64,000 nt of DNA from a virus. Taxonomy: Duplodnaviria; Caudoviricetes. The stretch is taken from the IMG/VR virus record IMGVR_UViG_3300029976_000159, positions 53,976 through 117,975 of that record; one strand, 5' to 3'. Positions 30,261 to 40,795 of this stretch are shown in pieces. The notes under the pieces are model-generated. The model made no database searches. It was given only the letters and a program-made list of their open reading frames with translations, and was not told the DNA's origin. Numbering within the stretch: position 1 is the first letter of the stretch; every line of letters starts with the position of its first letter. The position numbers and the translations under genes are program-made.

Positions 30261-31770
30261 AAGTTATGTTACTATAACGTGGATCGTTAATTACCTCTAA
30301 GCAAAGTTCCCAACCGGTTTTGCCAGATAAAATCTGTTTAAAAATCGAAGGTGACGCTCCGCTTACGTAAGAAATTGCGCGTTCTGGGTCTACATCCGGT
30401 ATGTTATTATTTTCTGCGTTTACATTCCAGTAAACTAAAGCCGGTATTTTATAGCCATATTGCTTCCATTTGGTTGCAATATTTTCCATAAGAGTTTGTT
30501 TTTGCTCATCAAACATCCCTCTGTTTTTTGCATAGTCATAATTACCAGTAGCCATATCAAATTCCATATCAGAAATGATTATGATATTTTCAGGTATATC
30601 AGCTTGCGAACAACGATTTTTCAAAGCCGTAGTTAGCAATAGATCAAATACAGCCTCAATATTTGTGTTATCTATAAGGCATCGTTTTTCTATTCTCTGA
30701 ACTTTGTCTACAAAATCTATGCCATCTGTGGCTATGAGTTGCGGTCTACTAGCAAAAGAAATATAGTGTCCAGCAAAAGGACCGGAAGCTCGCTCTGCGC
30801 AATATATTCCAAGTGAAATTGCTACATCTATAGGTCTAATTGGAGTATTATAACTACAAGTCATAGAGCCTGAAGTGTCTACGACCGCAAGTCCATTAAA
30901 ACGGCAATCATTATTAAAGTAATCTGTTAAATTATCCCAGTACTTATTTATAACCTCTCTATCAAGGTCATCTTTACAATTAATAGCTTTTTGTACTATT
31001 TCGTAAGGATAGAGCGTTGACGCGTTTACTTTAGTAGACTTGTTTTGAATAAATTGCTTATATCTTTCTTTTGTTTTTTGGTTATTCATAAAAGCATTTT
31101 TATATTGTATTCCAGCTTTAGAAGGTAATTTGCCAAATTCTATTTCATCCCACTTATTTTGTGACATTAACCTTTCAACTACTTTTATTTTTTCACGCAG
31201 TGTTGACAGCATTTTTCTATACTCTTTTGGAGATAAGTTGAAATGTTTGCGCGTAAGGGCGGCAAGCTCTTTCGTCCGAGTGCTTGACGCGTTTTCCGAT
31301 TTTAACCATTTCCCGCAGAGTGTAAGCGGCATTCCGCCGTTTCTAACTTTTTGCATATCTCTAAAAGCAGTTACTTTTAAAATATCTAAAGCATCGGTTT
31401 CAAGAGGAGTGCCTGTTAAACAATATAAATCATCATATCTGCCATAAATTGGAACATACTTCAGAAGTTGACGCGCAACATTGGTATGCGCATTAGCTAA
31501 CCAAGTCATACATTCTCTAAAGAATCGTCTTTCGCCCGCGCCTCCTCGTGCATCGCGCAAATAGAATAAAAGGCGAGCAGCGTAAAGTGCATTTTCATCA
31601 TAGGCTTTTTTAAAAAGATAGATTACATCGTCTTTGCTTCTGGAACGATAAGCACCACCAAGAGCAAATAAGTCTAGCGTTGCATTCAAAGTGCTAGAAT
31701 GTGTCAAAGCACCATTTTCGGTATATGTATAATTAGTATTTTCTTTTAATCCTTGTAATAAATTGTTCAT
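30244..31770 (-). CDS. DUF2828 family TROVE/Ro60-like protein with vWA domain
   Basis: TENGA, RDARGGAGER, VVDTSGSM (MIDAS), IISDMEFD, YWNV. Confidence 0.85.
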   Translation of the reverse strand: MNNLLQGLKENTNYTYTENGALTHSSTLNATLDLFALGGAYRSRSKDDVIYLFKKAYDENALYAARLLFYLRDARGGAGERRFFRECMTWLANAHTNVARQLLKYVPIYGRYDDLYCLTGTPLETDALDILKVTAFRDMQKVRNGGMPLTLCGKWLKSENASSTRTKELAALTRKHFNLSPKEYRKMLSTLREKIKVVERLMSQNKWDEIEFGKLPSKAGIQYKNAFMNNQKTKERYKQFIQNKSTKVNASTLYPYEIVQKAINCKDDLDREVINKYWDNLTDYFNNDCRFNGLAVVDTSGSMTCSYNTPIRPIDVAISLGIYCAERASGPFAGHYISFASRPQLIATDGIDFVDKVQRIEKRCLIDNTNIEAVFDLLLTTALKNRCSQADIPENIIIISDMEFDMATGNYDYAKNRGMFDEQKQTLMENIATKWKQYGYKIPALVYWNVNAENNNIPDVDPERAISYVSGASPSIFKQILSGKTGWELCLEVINDPRYSNITLEKVD

Positions 31771-31802
31771 ATTTAATTATCTCCTTTTGGTTTTAAATAA
31801 AA

Positions 31803-31886
31803 TGGGTATGATGGGAGTCGAACCCACACGCTTTATTAAGCCCCAGATTTTAAGTCTGGTTTGTTTGCCAATTACAACACATACCC
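31803..31886 (-). tRNA. tRNA-Leu(UAA)
   Basis: Cloverleaf, CCAGA-CT-TAA-AA-TCTGG anticodon arm, long variable arm, GGTTCGACTCC. Confidence 0.9.
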
Positions 31887-31935
31887 GATTTCAAGGCACT
31901 TTCAATAAACTATCCAGTGCCTTTATTATGTATAT

Positions 31936-31964
31936 ATAATAACAAAAATTTTAAAAAAAATCAA
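31936..31964 (-). promoter_or_regulatory. Promoter for tRNA-Leu and DUF2828
   Basis: TTGATT-17-TATTAT. Confidence 0.6.
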
Positions 31965-31966
31965 AA

Positions 31967-33571
31967 TTAAATTACTTCTCCGTGCCACGAATTAATATGT
32001 CCAATTCGCTTATAATAAAGCCCCGACTTTACCGAATTATAAATTCCTAATGCTCTTTGAGTATTTGGCGGTAAATCAAAAGTTGCAAAATGATTATATT
32101 TTCCTGTTGTACCAAAATTACCACAATCTGCTACAACAGCATCTACGGTTCGATTGTGGTATTTTAACCTAACTAAATCCCCATAGTGCCAAACGGAATT
32201 TAGTTGCCCCTTGGGAATAGCTACATGACAACCGGGAATATTTAAATAATGAATACTGTTCCAACCAGTTACATTACCTTTATCATCAGCTGAAGTATTA
32301 CCATATACTGTACAACCGGTATTAATATATCCAGTATCATCGTCATCTTCGGGAGAGGAAAAACCTCCCAAGCCTGAGCCACTTCCTCCAGAGGCTGAAC
32401 CCACATCCCCGTTGTATCGCCAACCACCATCATAAATATAAAAGTTTAAACTGGAACTGGGTCCGCCCTTGTTTAAACCGAGTTCTCCGCCTCCAGAATA
32501 CGCAGCATTACCATTCTCATCTACAATCTGTACGTGGTGGGCTATACAGACTTGAATATCACCAGGCAACCATGGTCCATCGCCATCAAACCAAGTGAAG
32601 CCTAGGTTAGGTGGGTCTGACCAGTCTGAACCCATGCTAAATGAGGAGTACGTTCCCCCACAAGCAGTGTTCGCTCCTTTTCCACAAGCTATGCTATACA
32701 AGGTTATTGCTGCGCTAACGCATCCAGAGCAATCTAATCTAGCATAGACTTCTCCTCCGCCAGCACGCATTGTAGTGTAGAGTTGAGAGCCTGGATGTTC
32801 ATAATATATCCAGCCATTGGGTGAAGGGGCATCAGCTTTAAGATTTCTCCACATTTCATCAACTATCTCTAGCCATTTTCCACCTTCATAAATATTACAA
32901 ATATCACACTGATATGGATGATACATTAGTTTTCTTGCTTTTTCATAAAGCCCGTTTTCATTATATAAATCAGCTTTGATCAAGCTTTTGTCTGTCTGAT
33001 CCGATTGCCCCGAAATAACTAATACGGTCTTTTGACCGGGCCACCCTGCAACGGGACCGGCTTCCGTAGCATTATTACTTATTGTATTTCCATTCTCGTC
33101 TTTTAATGCTTCTCCGTTAGGGTCTCTGCTTATTGGGTCATAGAACTTTATTAATGGTTCTAGTAAGTTATTATAGTGTTTTGCGTAAATAACATCGTTA
33201 CTCGCAGCCCTAGCTTCTTCCAGTGAAGTAGAAGTAGTTGGTGAGGTTGGGGTATTATCTATTGTAATTTTCCCACCAGAGTTTTGATCCCAATCAGAAA
33301 AGATATTGTTGTCTTGCGGGTTATATTTTCCTTGTGAATAAGTGTTTTTAATAAACTCAATTAAGTCATTTTGTGATTTAGCCGATAAAGTTGAGGTAGT
33401 TTGTATAGTAGACTCTTTAGAAACTTGTGATTGAGTATAGGACTTAATATTTTTCCAATTTAACCAATCACCCTTTTCCTCGGTATTGCCATCCGGACCG
33501 TGAATAGCGAGCTAATGACCTTGCATGCAGAAACTTTGGCAGCCCGCGCACTTATTATTTTCTTCAGCCAT
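31967..33571 (-). CDS. Multidomain cell-wall hydrolase-like protein: Cys-motif N-terminus, NlpC/P60-like domain, double-psi beta-barrel (534 aa, TAG at codon 20)
   Basis: Frame open for 196 codons upstream of 32983 with one TAG (33512); CAGCQSFC, CDIC, LDCSGCVS...HHVQI, VVADCG...FDL. Confidence 0.7.
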
Positions 33572-34295
33572 TGTTCTCTCCTCCCACTATATATTGATTA
33601 TGCAAATTATCATAAACACTACCATCAGCCATTGTAGTATATAATTTGTGCGCCTCTCCGCATTCGTCTATATAAGTATTCTCATCCATTATTACCCTAA
33701 TATCATTCTCTCTCTTTTCTTCCTCTTGGGTCAAACCGCTACTAGCAATATAGTTTTCAATGTTAGCACTGTAAGTTGGAGTACTACCTTGACAACCGTT
33801 TTTCCAAAAGGTAATTAACTTTTCAAGGGTAGTTAAATTATTATATTTTTCTTCTCCATCAGTTGGCTGATTAGAAATGAAATATTTTAAAACCGGCAAA
33901 TCATCAATGGAGATATTATTAATGTAATTTGTAAACTCAGACGAAAAATCAGTAGAAGCTTGAAATTGGGTAATGTAATTATCTATTTCAGCATTTAAGT
34001 CTTCTATCAGCACTGTCCATTCTTTAGTTTTGCAATATAAATACAAAAAGACTGGTAAAAAAGAGCATTTATTATTATCCATGATATAATTTATACTATT
34101 AGTTAATGTTTCTAATGTGTATTGTAAATCAGGAATAATTGTATTTTGAAAAAGTAAGTAATTACTTACATAAATACGATAATTTAAAAAATTGCTAACT
34201 CTATTTGTATAAATATTTTTAACATCTATTAATTCTAAATTACTGAAATTCCAGTCGGGATCAGCATACTCCGTCCCCTAGATAATATAGCTCAA
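33564..34295 (-). CDS. Hypothetical protein in the radical SAM operon (TAG at codon 6)
   Basis: AAAGGA RBS, TTG at 34295, TAG at 34278, then in frame with ORF 33564-34082. Confidence 0.6.
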
Positions 34296-35469
34296 TGTTC
34301 ATCATCCTTTCCAAATATTGATATAATGCAACGCTTTTCGTTGATTTTAGTATCCCTAACGCAAGGTTATACAAAGTTTCATACCAAAAGCACATAGTGT
34401 TTGATTGTACAAAAAAATTGTTAATTGCGGCTGAAGGACATCTAACTTCTAAACATTTACTTTTATAATTACACTTTGCGCAACGCTCAGGATACTCGCA
34501 AGTAATTTTACTTAAAGTACGATATTCTTCTAGAAGTGCTTTGTGTTTATTTTGGTCGATACCATTTTTTAAATCACCTAACAAAAATTTGTTATTTTGT
34601 CCTATCTGTTCTTGACAACCATATATTAATCCTAAGGGACTAATAGCTATAGAGGTTGTACCAAGTCCGCATCTATTTATATCTCTTGTTATAAGAGTAT
34701 TATCCTCGTAAGTTCCTAAGGCTTGTATAAAAGCTCTATCTATGATTGAGCTTCTAATTGGTACAACACCAAGCAATAGACTTCCAATAAAATAAGTAAA
34801 AATTTTTTGTAATTCCTGTTCTAATGTTACTAACCCCTCTTTAGAAAAATTATGTCTTGTATCAGGAATACAAAAAAAATTATTAAAGCCCATTTTTTCT
34901 GCGTACAACACATTATCAAATAAATATTGCGCAGTTGGCTCGTATATAGTCATGCGGAAGGTCGTACTGGGAAAATTTTCCAACAGGCAAAAAATTTGCG
35001 ATTCAACTATATCAAAGCTTTCTTGCGTGTTCAAGGCGGGTCGATTGAAGTTCTATGTATAACGGTCTCCGTCCATAGATAACAAGGGCGTTATGTGGTG
35101 CTCGCGCATAAATTCAATTCGCTCTTGGTTTAGTAAAGTACCATTTGTAGTTATCCCCATTTCAATCTTATTGGGATATTTTTCTTCAATGTATTTAATT
35201 AAAGGTATAATAATATCATCCCAGCATAACATAGGTTCTCCGCCAAAAAAATTCAAAGAGGGAGAGATAATTTTTCCTTCTATTTCTTCTTTTCTTTCGG
35301 TATTGTTTATTAGAAAATCTACAGATTGTTTTGCTATATCTAAAGTCATGTAATGTGTATTTTTATTTATTACACAATATTTACAGCGTAAATTACAATC
35401 ATCTGTTACGCATAAAACCATATTAGTTGGTAAGCCGTATTCTTCTTTGTATTGTTTTATAGTCAGCAT
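34261..35469 (-). CDS. Radical SAM/SPASM-domain enzyme (402 aa, one in-frame TAG)
   Basis: CNLRCKYC, FFGGEP, TTNG, SMDG; TAG at 35053 joins two ORFs in frame; SPASM cysteines CGLG..GC..CAKC..C...CP..C. Confidence 0.9.
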
Positions 35470-35484
35470 AGTTATTTACTCCGT

Positions 35485-35826
35485 TTATACTATATTTTCT
35501 TTGTTTGCTTTATACATTGCTAGCATATCTTGAGCCTTTTTTAAAGCGTGTTCTTTATCTTTAGCCATAACCCAAATACAATCTTCATTTAATATCAAGT
35601 CGTAATCGACATATTCCTGAAAATACACGGAATTATCGTTTGGATCGTATTCAAAACCATACACGGTATCTTCGTTATTTTTACCGTCCTCGTATATTTC
35701 TATATTAGCTCGGCTATATTTTCCATCATATATATCTCGTAATTTTAGAGCTTCTTCATAGTTTGTAGTTACTGCGCAAATATGATAATCAGAAAAAATT
35801 CCTTTGGTTATTATATAAATTCTCAT
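35485..35826 (-). CDS. Hypothetical protein
   Basis: ORF from MRIYIIT with RBS and own promoter. Confidence 0.55.
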   Translation of the reverse strand: MRIYIITKGIFSDYHICAVTTNYEEALKLRDIYDGKYSRANIEIYEDGKNNEDTVYGFEYDPNDNSVYFQEYVDYDLILNEDCIWVMAKDKEHALKKAQDMLAMYKANKENIV

Positions 35827-35940
35827 TTTAATATTCTCCTTTAATACTTCGCAAATGTCTATAAACTTTAAAATTAAAACATTTTTATTATTCTTTTTTA
35901 ATTTTATCATATCATAAAAAATTTATAAAGTCAAAAAAAA

Positions 35941-35971
35941 GAAAGAGGTTAGTTAAAAACTAACCTCTTTC
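35941..35971 (-). terminator. Rho-independent terminator
   Basis: GAAAGAGGTTAGTT/AACTAACCTCTTTC stem followed by a U-run on the minus strand. Confidence 0.75.
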
Positions 35972-36907
35972 TTATCCCAACAGATGTAATCTATCTAAAA
36001 CCACAGATAACTGCGCTCGAGTGACTGGATCGTCTGGTTTAAATGTTCCGTCTGAAAATCCGGTCATAACTTCTTTTTCGGCTGCCTTTTGAATAGAAGG
36101 TTCAGCCCAATGTCCTTGTGTGTCTGTAAACTGAATCATTTTTAAAATAACCTCCATTATTTCATCAACTATGCACCATGCTTCTGTTATTGGATAAGCA
36201 AATGGAATATAACAAAAGCCGTTATTTCCATATTGTTTTCCCCAGGAATTAAGAACTATCCAATAATCATCGTCTGTCCAACCAACTATTGTCATCATGT
36301 GACCGCCATAATTAGTTAAGTCTTTTACTGGATAAATTATGTATCCTTTAGCGTCAGGAGTATATAAAGTACTAAAGATAGGAAAAGATGCTGTAACACC
36401 GCCAAGAGTGTAGATACCTCTTTTAATTTCTTCCGCTCCAGAAGCAAAGTAATAGGAGGAAACACGATAAGGATGTGCTTCTTCATCGTATTTACTTTTA
36501 TTCGTTTCGTACTTAGCGCGAGCGGTCGTAACATCATAGTAACCGGGAAACGTGTCATAATAGCACGTGCCATTCTCTTTGAGTTGCGCAAGAGCTTGAC
36601 GAGGTATCATACCTTCGCCCGAATAATCAGAGCTTTTTCTGTTACCGTAAAGATAACTCGGTGAAAAGATTCGTCTATTTTCACTTTGCTCGTATTCTGT
36701 TAGCCAGCGCAAATAAGAAAGTGAACACGCTACGCATTCCTAACTTGTCCCCTAGTCAAAAATTGGAATATCTTTGACTAGGGGGTTAATATAGCTAGAT
36801 GGAAGAGGCTACTAAGCTGCTCCCGCAATCAAATTTTTAAGTTTGTAATCTCTTTCATCTTTTGGTGATATTAAAGCTCCTGACTTATATTTATTAAAAT
36901 TAATCAT
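35972..36907 (-). CDS. Papain-like C1A cysteine peptidase with C-terminal SLH domain (311 aa, 4 in-frame TAG)
   Basis: PKDERDY...IFD*GTS*ECVA (DQG..C), GGHMM.IVGW, LNSWG, SLH motif F.PDDPVTRAQ. Confidence 0.88.
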
Positions 36908-36922
36908 TTTATTAATCCATCC

Positions 36923-37336
36923 TTAAAACTTTTGTATTAAAATTAAATAGTATTGCTGTTGTATTCCACTATTTGTTACACTCATTGGTAATCCTAAATA
37001 CGTAGATGCCGCTGGAAGATTAGTAATTAGAGTACCATCTAAATTATAAAAATCGTTAATACCAAAAATATTTATTGTCGCTCCATTATTTATTGAATAT
37101 GGCGTAGAAAAAATAATAGCTGGGGTTATTTCGTAATCATAATCAAATCCCGAATTTAATTCAAGATTGGAAGTTAAAGTACCCAAATTTTGAATTGGAA
37201 AACCAATTTGAGTAATTCCGGAAGAATTAGTGTTACAAAACAAATTTCCATATTGTGGGTCTATAGCTAGTTCTCCTTTAGTTAAAGCTCCCTTTTTAGG
37301 TACTCCATTAACTCTTTTAATTAATATTGTTGCCAT
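36923..37336 (-). CDS. Tail-fibre-associated protein
   Basis: ILIKR...LTKGELAI N-terminal motif common in phage fibre proteins. Confidence 0.5.
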   Translation of the reverse strand: MATILIKRVNGVPKKGALTKGELAIDPQYGNLFCNTNSSGITQIGFPIQNLGTLTSNLELNSGFDYDYEITPAIIFSTPYSINNGATINIFGINDFYNLDGTLITNLPAASTYLGLPMSVTNSGIQQQYYLILIQKF

Positions 37337-37341
37337 TTACA

Positions 37342-37524
37342 TTACCTCCCTGTAATACTTCCACCATCAATTATTTGTTCACTTAAATCTATATTTTGTC
37401 CTGTAACAGCTTTTATTGTTGCTTCCATTAAAATTTCAGCATCAGTAGATGCTGTAGTTACTTTATCTACTTTTGTTGACAATTTACTGGTAATACCAGT
37501 TTGATTTAATAAAATTCCATTCAT
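37342..37524 (-). CDS. Hypothetical virion protein
   Basis: ORF with RBS, ends IIDGG. Confidence 0.5.
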   Translation of the reverse strand: MNGILLNQTGITSKLSTKVDKVTTASTDAEILMEATIKAVTGQNIDLSEQIIDGGSITGR

Positions 37525-37572
37525 ATAGTTTTCTCCTTCCCGTTATTGCATTTATTTAATTAATTCCTCTTT

Positions 37573-40398
37573 TTAACTAGTTAAATTGCTTTCGGGTGTC
37601 ACAAATTCAATCCAACCGCATATATAAGTCGCTCCCGCGTTTTGCACATAGTCAGCCGTAATTTGCGAAGTGTCCACGTCGCACCCGGTGTTAGAAACCG
37701 GTGTAAGATTTATATCGTCTATCACACATGGAGTGTCTCCCGATATAATCGTTGCCCCCCACTTCAGATAAAGACAATATTCCGAGGTATTAGAGATTGT
37801 TTTGCAATAATTGCATAAATCAATCTCGTCACTGCTCGCTAGTGAATTTTTGTCATCATCTGTAAGCGTATATTTAAATGCCACCCTCCAAATCGGTGTG
37901 CCGTCCGTCCATGAACCGATTTTTTGCGGTGTTGTGGAATATGTTTTCAAGCTGTCGGTCAACTGAGGAAGACCTATCGAGCCGGCGTGAACGGTTCTTG
38001 CAACGTTGGCAGTGTTACTATAGTCGGCAGTGTTACTGCTCATTGCAATACTGTTTGCCAAAACAAAGGTGTCGTTTGTGTAAATTAGATGAAAACACCC
38101 GTAAGAAATACTGTTGTAGCTTTCAAACCCGTCCACACCGTCAAATGTAACCGTTCTGGCACCGAGATCGTTAATATTAAGAGTTATAGCTGTTTCTGCT
38201 TTTAAGTGATTCCCGTAATCGAAATAAATATAGAAGTCCATTCCTTCTTTTAAAGCCGTAACTCCGTCAATCGTAACCTCTTTTGCGTCGTTCTCCGTAG
38301 AGGATGTACAAATCCCGTAAAAACTTGTTTTATTGCCGTTTATCGCCGCTGTTATAACCTTATTTTGTACTGGATTTTCTGAGTTCTCTGACAACACCGT
38401 GTCAATTCCTGTCTTGGTTACACAGTTCGCTTTTGTTTTTATTGTAGTCGTAGTGTCTGTATTATAACCTACCTCTACATAATCTACAAAAGTATAAACC
38501 CCCGTAGGTGTAGAATGATTGCCATAGGAACCATCCGTAGAACTGCTCCATTGAATATCGTAATCCTCTGGATACATCCCATTAAAATAAAGCCATATAC
38601 GAGCGCCAAAATCGCTTTCTACTTCGTATGTATCTGTAGTAACTGTAAATTCTTCACCTGTTGCCCACGTTCCTTTTATTATATATTTAGAAAAACCATA
38701 AGTTGATTCATCACCTGCCGCATTTGTGCTTGTGTTAGTACAAGTCACTGCGAGAGTGCAACTGTTGTTTGCTATTTGCAATTTTAACTTGCTTATTTCT
38801 TGAGATATAGCTTTATTTCGCACGGGATTTTCAGACGTGCTATCTAATGTATTGTCTATTTTTATTATCTTAGCTCCACTCGACCAATCAGAAAAACTGG
38901 AGGCATCACTCGCTTTCTTTCGTTGATACGTGAAACCGTTTGAATCTATTTTTGTTTGAATAACTGTATAATTTGATGCGTCTGCATCCTGTTCTTTTTG
39001 AACAAATACAGGAATATAGCCCTAATCTTGCTAGAGCATATAAAAACCGCATTCTTTCTACTTTAATTCACTATCAGTGATATAAATACTATCTTTTATT
39101 TCACCAATAACCTCTATTTGCCCGTCTATGGTTTCGGTCGGTTGCGTAATCATTTTACATAAATAATTATATCCATAAATTAATTTGCTGTTTAAAACAT
39201 AACCCGTAGTAACATCTGTCGCTATAGTATTTTTAATTAAATATTCATCTATGTCACTAAGATCGTTTTTTAAAATAAAATATGTATCATTAGCACTCGG
39301 AATATAGTTGTTTGTATTATTAAGCTTACTTAGACTATATTCGGCAATCTTTATATTATCTGAGCCTATTGGATAATCAATCCCATCAACGCAAGCATAT
39401 AAATCTAAGCCACCCGTATTATTTTTAATACCGTAAAATATATTATCAAAACTATCAGGGGTGTCTATTATACTTATATTATCTATATAAGCTATTACAC
39501 CACCAGCCCAAGTGTATATTTCGATTCCAGTTAAATCAGCAGGATTAACATCATCTAAAAAAGCAACTGTATCCTTCTACAAAACTTCAGTTCGATTGAA
39601 ATAATCATAAATTGCATAAGTAACTTGTTTAGTTTTGAAATTACATTCTGTTTCAATATGTTTCCAACCTTCACTTTCTACCTATGTAGCATTTTGCTAA
39701 ACAGCTAAATAGCCACTACTATCAATACAACCAATAGTAAATACAATTCCTGTTGTATCATAAGTAGTGCCCGTTGATTCACCTGGTCTTTTGTTTAAAT
39801 TTGCAATACTGAATTGAGTCCTAGAACCAAAATAAATATCAAAATTTGTTTTTAATATTTGAGTATCGCTAGCTAAATTTAAACAAGAAGAATAAGCTTG
39901 TCTATAAGTATTCGAGTTACCGCTTTGGTTAATTTTTTGACAATAACTATCTATAATATTGTTATATTCTACCGTGCAAGACGTTCTATATCCAGTAACA
40001 AAAAGTGATTGTTGGTCGGTAAAATCATAAACTGCACTAGGAAGTTTATCTACAATTTTTAAAGATAATACATTATTCTAATTTAATATCTCCCAGCTAG
40101 ACCAAGAGCTAGAAGAATAAGTTCTTATATAGGCGGCATTTGAATTTGTGGCATAACAAATCTAAACTACTTCATTTTCTATTGTTCCCACGATTAAACA
40201 ACCCTCTGTTATTTTCCCCGGATAATTAGTACAATCACTATAACCGTACATTCCAATGGTTTTAACATTATCAAGGTCTTTTCCAGAAAGTATTGCAGTA
40301 GTTACCAATGAACCGTCTGACAGGATTTGATTAACTATTGTATCAATTGTCGTTTGAGATAATGTAATTGTCTGCGGCGGGTTTACTATAACTGCCAA
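37573..40398 (-). CDS. Tail fibre/receptor-binding-like protein (941 aa, 8 in-frame TAG)
   Basis: Manual translation joins ORFs 40162-40398 and 37573-38823 with no TAA/TGA; WSSW knob motif and repeated S-ENPV-NK motifs. Confidence 0.8.
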
Positions 40399-40499
40399 TT
40401 TTATTTTCCTCCTTAATAATTTAATGTTCTATATAATATCGCTAAGAAATTTTCAGTCCAAGAGGCTGAAGTAGCAGTAATGCTTTACCACATAAACTA

Positions 40500-40730
40500 T
40501 TAAGATGTGCGCCCGCCCTCAGAATCCACTTTTCGACCTAGCATAATATAGGGATCTCCAGATGATAAATCTTTTATTTTAGTGCGGCATTTGATTTTTA
40601 ACTTGTTTCTCGCATTGGCAATCATTGCATCATGCGAATATTCGCTAATTTTAATTGCGGCAATAAAACTTGAAACCCCTAAAGCTTTAGCGACATTTTC
40701 TTTTGTTTTATTATATATTTCTTTCTTCAT
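40500..40730 (-). CDS. Hypothetical basic protein
   Basis: ORF with GGAG RBS. Confidence 0.5.
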   Translation of the reverse strand: MKKEIYNKTKENVAKALGVSSFIAAIKISEYSHDAMIANARNKLKIKCRTKIKDLSSGDPYIMLGRKVDSEGGRTS

Positions 40731-40795
40731 ATAAACATCAAACTCCTGTTATATCACAAAAGTAGATTTGCGTATTGTGCAATACGTGGCATTTG

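Noticed and set aside
37573-37950. Second DGR target at the C-terminus of the 941-aa fibre
   Set aside because: No recognisable similarity to TR
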